From Mobula hypostoma (Eukaryota), in assembly GCF_963921235.1 (NCBI RefSeq), contig NC_086097.1:224628001-224692000 (forward strand): a DNA stretch of 64,000 nucleotides. Reading direction: 5' to 3'. Of the stretch, positions 1-12,594 are shown in pieces. The translations under genes and the position numbers were made by a program. The first letter of the stretch is position 1, and each line of letters begins with the position of its first letter. The notes under the pieces are model-generated. The model made no database searches. It had not been told where the DNA came from and saw nothing but the letters and a program-made list of their open reading frames with translations.

Positions 1-10
1 TCCAGAATGT

Positions 11-135
11 AACATACAAAATACTGCAGGAGCTCAGCAGGTCAGGCAGCATCTATGGTCCAAAACGTCAACTGTTTATTCCCCTCAATAGATGCAGCCT
101 GACCCGCTGGGTTCCTCAGCATCTTGTATGTGTTG
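11..135. mobile_element. Short fold-back remnant of Penelope-like element pseudo-LTR
   Basis: Imperfect ~45-bp inverted arms (aacatacaaaatactg...gcagcatctat / atagatgcagcc...cttgtatgtgtt) around a decayed hammerhead 3' half (ccaaaacgtcaactg). Confidence 0.7.
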
Positions 136-307
136 CCCTGTGATCTATTTAAAATGGGTTATGAAATGCATCGAAATTCACAGAAATTTCTCAGGAGCAA
201 CACTGCAGCATAAAAATAATGACACTTGTAAAGCTTACCTGGAATACAAAATTATACTATCTATTTAAAAGTATTGTTAACTTTGAGTGTATGAAACACA
301 CGCGGAG

Positions 308-480
308 TTCAAAGTAAAATTTATTATCAAAGTACACACATGTCACCATATACTATCCTGAAATTAATTTTTCTGAGGGCATTCACAATAAATATTAAGT
401 AGTACAATAAGGTCAATGAGAAACCACACACAAGACATAAAAAAGCAACTAATGTGCAAAAAAAAGAAAGTGATAGAAAT
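308..480 (-). mobile_element. 3' tail of Rex1/Babar-type LINE
   Basis: ttcaaagtaaaatttattatcaaagtac...gtcaccatatac recurs at ~22900, ~56095 and inverted at ~9800; at 22900 and 56095 it leads into Rex1-type sequence. Confidence 0.6.
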
Positions 481-1967
481 TTAAGGAAACATTCCAGGAG
501 GACACCAAGCAATTAATGGAAACCCTGGGGCTGAAATTGAGTGATTTAATTAGAAATGGCATAGTGTGGACTTGTTTGAGACCAGTCAAATACTGATGCA
601 CAGTTCGTTAGTATTAATGTTATTATCAAATCCACAACTAGCATCCAGTAAAAGAAGTGATTAGCATTTGCTTTTCACCATTCTTTACAATTGCCACATC
701 TCGAGGTGCTTTTCAGCCGAGGAAGTAATGCTGAAGGGAAGTCATTTTTGTAGAAAACTGTATGTAGCAAGCTCCTACAAGTAGGAATATGATATCAACC
801 AGATACTCTGCGTTTACTAATGTTGAGCGTGGGATAAGTATTGGTTGCGATTCTCAGATCACCTTTTCTGTCCACCTCATAGTAATGTCATTTTTTAAGT
901 CCACATGACAAATTAAGTGGGACTCAACTGAATGCCATAGTCAAAAGACAGCACCTCCAACCAAGCTACAAACCAATCTCGCTGTGGTGTGTGAACTCAG
1001 ACGTTTATGTGTGGTTCTGGTAAATAGTGCTGATCTAATCTGGTTTTAATGTAATGCTCATGTATTGATCGAGTGTCTGAAGCTGCTAGGCAGAGTCTTA
1101 TTAGAGGAGAGACTTAAAATGACAGGCCTCAATGAAAGGGAAATTAACAAAATTATTACTGGGTTTTTATGTTTTCCTTAGGACTAACCACTATTTCATT
1201 ATGAAGGAATGGCTCCATTTAACTTTAGCAGAGTACAAGAAGCTGTGTAATTTGTACCAGAATGAAATCTCTTGGTTAAGATTCACAAGCTCTTAATTGT
1301 CAACATGGTTGAAACCCTTGCTTAAAATGTTGTGTAATAACCTTTCTGATTATACGATTATAGGAAGCCATTAAATCACTTTTTATTTTCAAGAAATGGC
1401 CGTCAAACATTTATAAGCATGTTTGTCCCAAAATTTTGTTTGGTTAGATCTGTTGTACCTTGTATAGAATTTGCTCCGATTGGGCATTCTTTTCTCTCTA
1501 CTCACTGTAGGGGTCCTTAACGAAATGAATTCAACCAGTTCATAATTTTGCTGAGCCTAGACACAATGCTGCCCCTAATTGAACAAGTTGGAAATCTCAG
1601 TGATCACAGCATGACTGGTATGAGGATTGAAAGCATGCCACATTGTTGCAGGAGGCTGAAAATGGGTAACCCAGTAAAACAGAAGAAGGAAGGGATGTCT
1701 AGACTTCTCAGCTGCAGAGGTGCAAGGCTGGTTCAGCTTTTGGGTATTCCCGATAAAGTACTGATGCAGTTGAATTGTCCTTGACTACAAAGGTGTATTA
1801 CCCCACAAGCAATGGCCCTGCCTGGAAATGGTTGTACAAGATCCAGTGCAGGAAACAAAGTTGGGAGGGCTCACTTTTAATGACGTAATCGTCCTGCAAG
1901 CGATGGTGGCGGCATAGCCGATTTGCACAGTGGCAAAACCATTGACCAGGATGACACATAGAGTGTT

Positions 1968-2210
1968 ATTTCACACAGGTTTCACAGAGAGAGTGGTGGG
2001 TGCATGGAATGTACCGTCAGGGACGGTGGCCAAGGCAGATATAGGGTCTTTTAAAAGACTCTTAGATAGGTACATGGAGCTTAGAAAAATAGAGGGCTAT
2101 GCGGTAGGGAAATTCTAGGCAGTTTCTACAGTAGGTTACATCGTCAGCACAACATTGTGGGCCAAAGGTCTTGTAATGTGCTGTAGATGTCTATGTTTCT
2201 GTGTTTCTAT
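1968..2210 (+). mobile_element. CR1 LINE 3' end
   Basis: FTERVVGAWN...GSFKRLLDRYM C-terminal motif and (tctatgtt)n-like tail. Confidence 0.85.
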
Positions 2211-2964
2211 GATGACAATCAAGCTTGAAATGATTGGCCTTTTCTCCCGTTTTCCATGATATTTGCCATCAAGCAGGTGGCCTTGGGATTGCTACCATTC
2301 ACATCTCCAAATTCGTCCTTCCTGAACTGATCGTGGAAGTGTACTGTACACAAAATCCTTTCCAGTAAAAGTATCTGCTTGACAACATTTCACAAAGGCC
2401 CAGACAGTGAGCAGAGATGAGAGAATGTCCAATATGAGCTACTGTTACAGGATGGATTGTCCTGCAAGTCTGAGACTGAGGTGGAGATGCATTATTAGAT
2501 CAGAGTAGAAACAGCCTTGCTCTTTGTCAGGCTGCACTGTAGCTCAAGTGAGTGTGCAACATGAGAAAGTTTATAAAATATTCAATACCTTGTCCTGAAC
2601 ATCAATAAAGTGGTCTTGAAGAGTCAAAGCAGCATTATTCATTGGACTCTGATGAGCTTCAGACAGTGTTTTTGACAGATTTAGGAAATCACAGTTCATG
2701 TAGATCAATTATTTGTATTTGAGCAATAATTAATTATATGTTAATTGCTAAGGTTGCTTATTTTATTGTCTTCTGACAAGTCAGATTCTTTGTTTACCTT
2801 GTGTCTTCAGCCTGGGTCCTCTGCTGTCTCTGGAGGCTTTTTCCACAGCTCAGTTTCCTGTGTAGAACACACAATGAGCTCATCTTCATCACCACACTCA
2901 TTCCTATTTCTTGTTATAACTATGACTGGGTCTTTATTTCCTGGGGAAATTACGCTCCATGGAT

Positions 2965-3215
2965 ACACTTGCAGGAAATCCATTGAAGAAGGAGTTGCAC
3001 TGCAAAAGAGCAATCTCCGCTGTGCCACAGAGAACAAGTGGCAGTTGTGAAAGGAGAGTCTGAACAACCAAACGACCCAACCACTAACCACAGCCACCGC
3101 TTACTCATGTCCATACTACACCAGAATGTGTGGATCTTGGATCCGTCTCAGCAGCTACCTGAGGACCCACCAGCCGACAATCCCTTTGGAGAACATCGTA
3201 CTCGAGCGATTACAA
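2965..3215 (+). mobile_element. RTE-clade LINE 3' remnant (C-terminal C2H2-like motif)
   Basis: RKSIEEGV...K*KE...CPYYTRMCGSWIRLSSYLRTH resembles the RTE ORF C-terminus; interrupted by a stop. Confidence 0.6.
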
Positions 3216-3563
3216 TGCTACTTATTTTGGTCTGGTTGCTGATCTCCTTTGCTCACCCCAGAGCTGAAAAATTTCCTTCGAAGTTGAAAATACATCACCT
3301 TAAATTCTTTATTCGCCTGATATCTTTACTGTTTTTGGAACGAAGATTTCATGCACAAACTATTAACTCTATTGTGGAAGTCAAAAAATTTTAAATACCA
3401 AATGCAAGCAAGTTTTCACTTTCAAATCTGTTTTATTTGTCTAACATAATTTCAAATCCAAAGTAGTTTAGTCATCTGAATAATTCTGATTTGAGGTCAG
3501 AAATTGCACAGAGATGTATTTATTTCTGATATTAATAATTTATAATTTATTTATTCCCTTTAG

Positions 3564-3697
3564 AGATCCAGTATTTGCAGAGCAGCGGTACATGCTGGGG
3601 TCATTCGTAATTATGAAGGAGGTTACATTGATATGATGCCAGTTGAGAAAAAGCAACGCTATTTTGGCTCGTACCAGAATGGAATATTCTCGGAAAG
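3564..3697 (+). CDS. CRISPLD1: CRISPLD1 penultimate coding exon (second LCCL domain)
   Basis: Acceptor ttattccctttag|AGA and donor GAAAG|gttaga. Translates [44 protein letters not shown](S), containing the LCCL signature [13 protein letters not shown]-terminal part matches CRISPLD1 (QNGIFSES). 134 bp, phase compatible with next exon. Confidence 0.93.
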
Positions 3698-4854
3698 GTT
3701 AGAACTGTAATCTAAAGCAGCAGACTTATTCAGATGCCAGAGTTAAATTTTCAACAGCAGAGCTTATTGAACCATTATTTGGTATGTGAAACACAAACTG
3801 GCTGAAACAGCCTGTCCCATCCCAATGTTTAGCAAAGTAATTAGTTAATTCAGCAGAGGGTATAGTATGCAGAACCGCCTGGTTCCTGTAAGCTGATAAA
3901 ACATATCCCCTTAAAAGCTGCTTATTATTACATCATAACAAATACTGTTTTTATGACTGTTGTTTACAAAATGTCTGGATCTTGTAGACAAACAGCAAAT
4001 ATTTCTGATGAATTTTAGAATTTATTAATAAAGGTCCTTAGCATTGATGTCAGACTGGGGAGAAAATATTCTGGACCAATCTGTAGAAATTATATTCAGA
4101 TAAAGATTCCAAAGCCTGTGCATGAACCTATATTGTTCAAGAATCTTAAATGTCTTATGAGCATTCTAAGTGTTTTTTTACATTCAGTTCATCATGAGCA
4201 GAGGGAAATAATGCAAATTTTAGTATAAACAAAGAATATTCTATTAAGGATTTAGTAGTTAATAGTATTAAACATGCCCGAATAATGAAGTCCTTTATTA
4301 CAGTGACTCCTGTTGATTACTATCCAGGCAGTTTCAGATACTGTTTGAAAAGTTCTACCCAGAAGTCAACTGCAGAAGCAGTTTGGTGGGGAAGGGGAGG
4401 GAGAAAGCACCCTAATTCTGATCTTTTAGTTATTTTTTGTTTCAGCATGGCTTGGCTGAGGTAGTTCATTTTGAAATAACTCCCTTTGACATAAATGTCA
4501 GCTTTGGGTATAAACAACGGTGAACAGAATTTATTTTCAAGCTTTGCCCAAAACTTCACAGCCCAGAGCCTGAGTTTTATTGTTTATCAGATTCTATTAT
4601 GAATTATTCTTAATTGTTTTTTGCTACATTCAGAGTTTATGAAATAACAAGACATGTGGATAGCCCCTCTGTAACACACCATGTGTAGAATATATTAGAA
4701 AAATGTTAAATTTTTAATTTTATTCCTTTGCGAAAAAAAAGAAGTGCTACTAACAGCTAAAACTAATTGCAGCAAGTAATGAGATTTGGGATTGATCATT
4801 GAAAGAGAGCATGTCCTTACATTTACTTATGCCTTTTTTTTCCTCCTTTTTTAG

Positions 4855-4906
4855 CCTGAAAAATCCACCTGGAGCCAAAGCATTCAGAATATTTGCAATC
4901 ATTTGA
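4855..4906 (+). CDS. CRISPLD1: CRISPLD1 last coding exon
   Basis: Strong polypyrimidine tract + AG (4853-4854). Splice completes AG|C=Ser, then LKNPPGAKAFRIFAII-TGA, matching the CRISPLD1 C-terminus as I recall it (SLQNPPGGKAFRVFAVV). Confidence 0.93.
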
Positions 4907-6940
4907 CTCCGGTCAAACGTAACCACGTTTAATACAGGACTTGGAAGAAGCAAAGGAAAGTGTTTCAACTATTTCCTGTGGTTTTTTTTGCTGTGTTAGG
5001 ATATTGGCAGAAACAGTTTTATCTATTGCAAACCAAAACTTTCTGCACCATGTATTAAGGAAGGGTAATGCAGAAAGTTAAGACCATATAAGCAGTAATT
5101 ATATTAATAATGGAACTGCCCCATAAACAAAATGAATTAAAAATTTAAAATTGCTGTTGTTTAACAGCATGCTGCTAACTCAATGACACAACCAATTGTT
5201 AAACACCAAGGTTCAGACTGAAACCCATGATTAGGTTGAACTAATCTAGTGCTTTAAGAACCTGGCAGTTATTCCTGCAGGCCAGGAAATTAATTGATGA
5301 TAATATTGTATTTTTGGTAGAGTAATCAGCTTGTACAATCATGGGAGAGGAGTGAAAGACATATTTTCAGGGTGATGTTTCGCATCTATAAGTAGAAGCC
5401 AGTAGCTTCTAAGTATCAGAGTGTCCAACTGAAACAAGCCTTGAACTGATATCCTAATATTTGTATTGGGGCCGTTATAACTTTATCAACTAAACAGAGC
5501 TTGCCCCTTTCATGTTATCCAGTTGTCTTTGGGTCTCCAGCTGGAGACCCCTTACTGCGTATGTATCCGTTAAATCAAGTAGATTAGGAGTTTGCCTCTT
5601 GTGTTTTCTAAAGTATTGTGCATCATTGAAAGTCCCTTCATTCCCCCCCCACCTTGAAATTTTACCCATGTCTCCTGACACCTCCCTGCAGCCTGTCTCA
5701 GTGCCAGAATCAGCTCATCATTTGAGCTGCATTGGAATACTCAATTGACATCTGCAGCATAGAAGGCCTGAGGCCCAGTTTTGAGCAGACCTCAGGCAGT
5801 CTCCTTGGGGTTATGTTCAGTTAGTGACACCATTTCACACCAGACTTTATCACCATTTCCAGTCACTTGGCCAAAATGACAAATTGGAATGTATAAATCA
5901 GAAATTCAAAGTAATTGAATCAATGTCCAAACAAAATTAGCATACGCTATACATAGATGGAACAACATAGATTATGAAGTATGCCTTTTGAAAGTAAGCT
6001 CGCTAATATACATTCTGCTATTTAGTATGTGAAACATAGTATAATGTTGATATTTGTTTTTAAGAAAACTATATTGCTCACAAACAGCAAGCTGTTGGAA
6101 GTTATTTAAGTTATTTTGTTACATGTTAAAATTGCCTTTTGTACTTGTAACTTTTAAGTGTTTATAAACTCTGCCTTTCAAAGTTCAAGTTAAATCATAA
6201 ATCTTTTGAACTTTAAATGTTTATGAAGTCTGCCTTTTAAACAAAACTGTCTGCCATTATGTATCTTTACTACCTCAGATACTATACCTTTTTGTAGTTT
6301 TTGTGCTTACACACATTTTTGTAGTCAAATCTGCGTTTATTTTCTCATTTTGAATTAAAGACCCTGTAAACAATAAATATTGCACTGCTCTTGTTCATCT
6401 AGTTTCCGTAATTTGTACATGGAAGATGTTTCTTTTTATATTCCAGACAGTTCTCTTTTACCATATCCGTTTTGTTTTTGGAGGAAATGAATTAACATTT
6501 TAAAAAATTATTTTAAACAAGTTATTTTAGTAAATCTATGAAAAATGCAGTTTAAAAGCGCCTTTATAAAAAAATTTCTGATTATATTATATGGTGCGAT
6601 CAGAACTGAAAGGATTTTGTATCACCTTGCCATTCTGTAACTGTTGGCCTCTTTTCCACACCAATACAGTGTGTGAAACGTTTATTAAATATACAAATTT
6701 CTGTGTTGATATATTTGATGTTGGAACCCTTAAAATTATATGTTAATCTGCCTTTTTGTGCTTTTCTATGGCTTGCAATAGCTGGTTTGAAAACTGACAA
6801 CCAGTTGTATCTGACTCTTGTACCCAATTTATTAATACTTTATTAAAATCACAAATTTCACAGCAGCTCGGGATTATTAGAAATATTTATTAAACTATTT
6901 GTACTGCTCTAATAATAAACATCAGTGCTATACTTGGTTT
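4907..6940 (+). other. CRISPLD1: Probable CRISPLD1 3' UTR with candidate poly(A) signals (AATAAA 6372-6377 and 6914-6919)
   Basis: AT/U-rich stretch with no recognisable repeats after the stop codon; repeats begin abruptly at ~7150. True 3' end not determinable. Confidence 0.6.
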
Positions 6941-7164
6941 AATATAATGCTGTTAAGAAAAATTGAGTAGATTTTTACCTGGCCCTGTACTGCAGGAATA
7001 AATGGGAGAAACCTTTAAAATCTGATGAATTTATTTATCTTGCCCTTACACCGTTTCACCACTGATTCAGTTAAAGGGCTGGCACATCACAGAGAGCAGA
7101 CAGGTAACTCAGAAACATACTAAAAACCAATGCAGTAATTGAGACACCAATAAAAGTATAACGG

Positions 7165-7469
7165 TGTTGGCGCGTGGTCAAATAGTTAAAGTGTTCGTCT
7201 AGTGATTTGAAGGTCGCTAGTTTGAGCCTTGACTGAGGCAGCGTGTGTGTCCTTGAGCAAGGCACTTAACCACACATTGCTCTGCGATGACACCGGTGCC
7301 AAGCTGTATGGGTCCTAATGCCCTTCCCTTGGACAACATTGGTGGTGTGGAGAGGGGAGACTTGCAGCATGGGCAACTGCTGGTCTTCCATACAACCTTG
7401 CCCAGGCCTGTGCCCTGGAAACCTTCCAAGGCGCAAATTCATGGTCTCATTAGACTAACGGATGCCTAT
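7165..7469 (+). mobile_element. tRNA-derived SINE, full length
   Basis: A/B-box-like head, central GTGTCCTTGAGCAAGGCACTTAA, 14-bp TSD taaaagtataacgg (7151-7164, 7470-7483); second copy at 12621-12937. Confidence 0.9.
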
Positions 7470-7689
7470 TAAAAGTATAACGGGAGGTTCTGAAGCACTT
7501 TCCAAGAGCCCACAGCTGAGTGAAGGTACATGATTGATTAAATGACCAACTTAATTATAGGGATCTGAATGCTTAAGTAAAAGCAGAATGTGGCAAATAC
7601 TCAGCAGGTAAAACATCTGTGGGGTGTGAACTGGCATAATGCTGCAGTCAATATTCTTGCATCAGAATTAGTTTCTCCATCCACAGATT

Positions 7690-8350
7690 GAACACAGAAT
7701 GGTAGAAACACAGTTACAGGCACTTCGGTCCACAATAATGTGCCAAACCAATTTCATTAGTAAATGGCTAATTGGACAAATCTCCACTGCCTACGTATTA
7801 TCCATATCTTTACATTTTTCTCACATTTATGTGCCTATCTAAACGTCTCTTAAAAGTCCCTAATGTATTTTACCCTACCACTGCCCTAGGCAGCATATTC
7901 CAGACACCCACCACTATCTGCGTATTAAAATAAAAAACTTGCCCCTCACATCTACTTTAAGATCACCTCCCCTCACCTTAGATACCTGCCCTCTGGTATT
8001 AGACATTTCAACCCTTGGGGAGAAAAATGAATTGTCTGCCTACCCTAGCTATGCCTTTCACAATCTTATAAACCTCTATCAGATCTCACCTGAGCCTCCA
8101 GTGCTCCACAGAAAACAACCATGTTTGTCCAACCTCGCATTATAGCACAAGCCCTCTAATCCAGGCAACATCCTGGTAAACTTCTTCTGCACTCTTTCCA
8201 AAGTCTCAACATCCTTCCCACGATGGGGCGACCGGAACTGTATAATACTCCAGATGCAGCCTAACTAGAGATTTATAAAGCTGCAACATAACTTCCTGAC
8301 TATTGAACTCAATGTCTCGACTAATAAAGACAAGAATGCCATATGCCTTT
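7690..8350 (-). mobile_element. CR1 LINE 3' fragment
   Basis: KAYGILVFISRDIEFNSQEVMLQLYKSLVRLHLEY motif plus CR1 3' UTR. Confidence 0.85.
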
Positions 8351-8494
8351 TCACTTCTTGATCTGATGGTTCCTGACCTTCTAAAGAATTTCACCTCTGT
8401 TATTATTTTAGATTTCCAGCATTGGCAGTATTTTGCTTTTGAGATCTAAGTGACATTTTGCTTGGTGGTATTTCAAAGAGGTTTTTCAATAGTC

Positions 8495-9540
8495 AGATAC
8501 ACACCCTTCAGCCCATTGAATCCATGCTGATCTTGCCCACACAGCTAGTCCCAATTTCTTGCATTCAGCCCATATCCCACCATGCCCTGCCCTTCTACTT
8601 ACCTATTCAAGTGCTTCCTGATTGATACTGCTGTATCTTCCTCAACCACTCTGGCAGTTCATTCTATATACTCACCACCTGAGAAGCATGAAAAGATTGC
8701 CCCTGAGGTCCCTTTTCAAACTTTCCCCTCTCACCCTAAATCTATTCCCCCTAGTTTTGTATTCCCCTATTGGGGTAAAAGACTGTTACGTTATCTATAC
8801 CTCTATAATTTTAAACATTTCTATCAGGTTGCCTCTCTTTCCAAGGAATAAAGACCTAATCTGGTCAACCTCTCCCAATAACTCAGGCTCTCTTGTCCTG
8901 ACAGCATCCTCATAAATCTTTTCCACACTCTTTCCAGTTTAACCACGTTTCCATTAATGAGCTGACCAAAACTGTTCACGACATTCAAGTATGGCGTCAC
9001 CAGCAACTAGTACAACTGCAAGATAATGTCCCAACCCCAATACTCAATACCTTGATTGATGGCTAGTGTGATATTACCTTTACTATCAACCCGTCTACCC
9101 GTGACACCACTTTCAGTGAGTAACGCACTTGTATCTCCTAAATTCTTCTATTCCATTACAATCTGTAGTGCCCTACCATTTGTAGTATGCTGGTTTGACT
9201 TTTAAAATTGCACTACTTCATACTTATCTACATTAAAGTCTGTTTGGACTTGTTGGCCCACTCCCTAACTGACCAAGACCCTAACTTTTGCTGCTTTTGT
9301 CCAACGCCATTTTCCTGCTTTCTCTCTGTAACCCATAACTCCCTTACCATTCACGAATATATCGATGTCATCCTTAAAAACGCCAAATGACATGGCCTCA
9401 TCAGCCCCTGGTGGCAACAAATTGCACATATTCACCACCCTCTGGCTGAAGAAATCCCTTTCATTCAGTTTTAAAAGGGTGTCCTTTTATTCTGAGGCTG
9501 TGCCCTTGGATCCTTGACCCTCCATCTAGCCCTTTGGTAG
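8495..9540 (-). mobile_element. Degraded CR1 LINE fragments
   Basis: LERVWKRFMRMLSGQESLSYWERLTRLGLYSLE motif. Confidence 0.75.
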
Positions 9541-10506
9541 GCATGTTTCTGTGTTCTTGATATTTTTAATTTTGGTACTGAGCTTCCCAAAATCTTTTAA
9601 TGTCGACCACTCTTTTCCACAGATGCTGCCTAGCCCCTTGAGTTCCTCCAGCATTTTGTGTGTGTTATTCCCCAAAATCTCATTCATTTTACTTCTTTCT
9701 CATTCATTCTACTTCTTTTGCATTCATTTATTCATTCATTTCATCTCATTCATGGTACTGTGAATACCCACAAAAAAAAAATAATCTCGGGATAGTATTT
9801 GGTGACATATACATATGATACTTTGGTAATAAGTTTATTTTGAAGTTTGAACTTTTTTGAGATTGTTTCAAAAACAATTATAACAATTGTTTTCAATTTA
9901 ACTATTAATTGTGAAACTTTTTGAGAAGGAATTGTCTGACTTAAAGCTCATATGATCGTCTCTTCCATTGATTTCAAATCTGAGTTGAGCAAACTGATCT
10001 CAGTTAACAGTTGATTTGAAAAGACGATGCACAAGTTAGTAGCGTTGGATTCAGTTGTAGACGTGAAAGTTGGTGTGTGGTCACCATGGGAGGGCATGAA
10101 TGAAATCAATAGTTATGATGCCATCCAGCTGAATAGCATTTCCATACTCAATACACAGTGCCAGCAGTGAATAGAGAAACAGCAATGGAAGCATAAGAAA
10201 TTCTCTTCCCAATGAGTCATAGCATTTGGCAGGGAAGTGTAGGAAAATGGTGATATAACAATATTAAATCTTCATTTAGAAACACCATGGCCAAACTGTC
10301 TCTCTACAATTCTGGTTACCTCCTATTAAGTATAACGGCTGAATTATTTGTGGTGCAGAGCTAAGTTCTGCATTTTCTGACTCATATAGCACTTGAATTT
10401 AGGTAATAAACGCAAGTGATTCTGCAGATGCTGGAAATCCAGAGTAACTCATGCAAAATGTTGGGGGACTCAACAGGTCAGGCAGCATTTATTGAAAGAA
10501 ATAAAG

Positions 10507-10542
10507 AGTCGACATTTCAGGGCGAGACCCTTCTTCAGGATT
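10507..10542 (-). ncRNA. Minimal hammerhead ribozyme motif (partly decayed)
   Basis: Minus strand AAUC CUGAAGA AGGGUCUCGCCCU GAAA UGUC^GACU; core intact, one stem I mismatch. Confidence 0.6.
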
Positions 10543-11064
10543 AGAAAGGGAGGGAAAAGAAGTCAGAATAAGAAGACGGGGGGAGGGGAAGGATTGCAAG
10601 TTAGAGGTAATAGGTAAAGCCAGGTGAGGGGAAGGGGATGAAGTGAGTAGTGGGATGATAGGAGGAAAAGGACGGAAGAAGAATGAATCTCATAAGAGAG
10701 GAGAGTGGACCCAGGGAGAAAGGGAAGAAAGACCAGCACCAAAGGGAGATGATAGGCAGGTGAAAAGAAGAGAAGGGGTAAGAGGAGAGCTACAATGGGG
10801 AATGGAAAGAGATAGCAGGAAATGATCAAAAGTTAGAGAAATTGATTTTGTGCCATCAGGTTGAAGGCTACTCGGACCGAATATGAGGTGTTGCTCCTCT
10901 AGCCTAATAGTGGCCCTACCATGGCAGTAGAGCAGGCCATGGACCAACATGTCAGAATGAGAATGAGAACAACAGGAATTCTGCAGATGCTGGAAATTCA
11001 AGCAACATACATCAAAGTTGCTGGTGAACGCAGCAGGCCAAGCAGCATCTCTACGATGCGGTAC

Positions 11065-11100
11065 AGTCGACGTTTCAGGCCGAGACCCTTCGTCAGGACT
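11065..11100 (-). ncRNA. Minimal type I hammerhead ribozyme
   Basis: Minus strand AGUC CUGACGA AGGGUCUCGGCCU GAAA CGUC^GACU; stem I AGUC/GACU, palindromic ACGU stem III. Confidence 0.85.
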
Positions 11101-11706
11101 CACTGAAGGAAGAGTTAGTAAGAGCTTTGAAAGTGGGAGGGGGAGGGGGAGACCCAAAATGATAGGAGAAGACAGGAGGGGGAGGGATGGAGCCAAGAAC
11201 TGGACAGGTGAACACCTACGCTCTGTCCGCCAGAGAAAGCAGGATCTCCCAGTGGCCACACATTTTAATTCCATGTCCCATTCCCATTCTGACATGTCTA
11301 TCCACGGCCTCCTCTACTGTAAAGATGAAGGCACACTCAGGTTGGAGGAACAACACCTTATATTCCGTCTGGGTAGCCTCCAACTTGATGGCATGAACAT
11401 TGACTTCTTTAACTTCCGTTAATGCCCCACCTCCCCCTCGTTATTTACTTATATACACACATTCTTTCTCTCACTCTCCTTTTTCTCCCTCTGTCCCTCT
11501 GACTATACCCCTTGCCCATCCTCTGGGCTTCTCCCCGCCCCTTGTCTTTCTCCCCGGACCTCCTGTCCCATGATCCTCTCATATCCCCTTTGCCAATCAC
11601 CTGTCCAGCTCTTGCTCCATCCCTCCCCCTCCTGTCTTCTCCTATCATTTTGAATCTCCTCCTCCCCCTCCCACTTTCAAATCTCTTACTAACTCTTCCT
11701 TCAGTT

Positions 11707-11742
11707 AGTCCTGACGAAGGGTCTCGGCCTGAAATGTCGACT
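11707..11742 (+). ncRNA. Minimal type I hammerhead ribozyme
   Basis: AGTC CTGACGA AGGGTCTCGGCCT GAAA TGTC^GACT. Confidence 0.8.
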
Positions 11743-12594
11743 GTACCTCTTCTTAGAGATGCTGCCTGGCCTGCTGCATTCACCAGCAATGAGAATGGGA
11801 ATGGGGATTGGAATTAAAATGGCAGGCCACCAGGAAACTCTGCTTGTTGTGGACAGAGTGAAGGTGCTCAACATCGCAATCTATACCTGGCCTCGTCGAT
11901 GTAGAGGAGGCTACACTGGAAGCATCGGATACAGTAGCTGACCCCGACAGACACTCAGGTGAAGTGTTGCCTCATCCAGATGGCCTGTTTGGAGCCCTGG
12001 CTGGAGGTGAGGGAGGAGGTGTATGGCCAGGTGTTGCACTTCTTCCACTTGCAGGGATAAGTGCCAGGAGGGAGATTGGTAGGGAGGGATGAATGGACGA
12101 GGGAATCGCGGAGAGAGTGGTACCTCTGGAGAGCGGAGAGTGGTGGGGGTTGGAGGTAAAGACGTGTTTGTTGATTGCATCCTTTTGAAGATAGCGGAAG
12201 TTGCGGAGAAATTATGGTTCAGTTGAGATATAATTTAAGATGGTGAGACAGAGTGACTCAGTGGCCTTTCACCTCTATGTACTGAGATCAGGTCCAGGCT
12301 GGACTGGTGAAAGGAAGACTTTGATTCTGTTTGGTTAGATTTCATGCGGAGGCAGACTGGCAAATAATTTCACAACTCCTCCTTTTAATCCTCCCATTGA
12401 CTTTAATGTGCAAGGACGTGGTAACAACACCAACATAACTTTGGCCGGAGAAAAACAACACAAAAATCAGCAAAGTTTTAGAGCTATAACCATTTGAGGA
12501 GAGGCTGTGTTTAGAATACCGACTCCTCATTCCCCATGGAAAGTAGCCCGATGAATCCAGCTCAGTTTTGGTGTCCTAGTATGACTTCCAAAAC

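Larger units (their letters stand above)
10970..11787. mobile_element. Young Penelope-like element, 5'-truncated, with inverted pseudo-LTR (fold-back)
   Basis: Minus-strand pLTR 10970-11210, then + strand GIY-YIG C-terminus EHLRSVRQRKQDLPVATHFNS...GMNIDFFNFR* and pLTR. Inverted arms ~11015-11210 / ~11595-11787. Flanking duplication aatgagaatg(a/g)gaa (10956-10969, 11788-11801). Confidence 0.9.
10405..12215 (-). mobile_element. Older Penelope-like (Neptune-type) element 3' part, split by a younger PLE at 10970-11787
   Basis: Minus strand encodes degenerate PGTYPC...C..(C) linker, GIY-YIG region and HGLLYC...RLEEQHLIF; pseudo-LTR with hammerhead at 10507-10542. Confidence 0.85.

Noticed and set aside
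2745..3394. Acceptor-like site at 2810 with ORFs of 101 and 118 aa, as a possible extra CRISPLD1 exon
   Set aside because: No frame resembles the expected preceding LCCL peptide (CP..C...VIG...Y); the distal part is an RTE relic.
7165..7240. tRNA gene
   Set aside because: tRNA-like head continues into SINE body with TSD; no complete cloverleaf or terminator.
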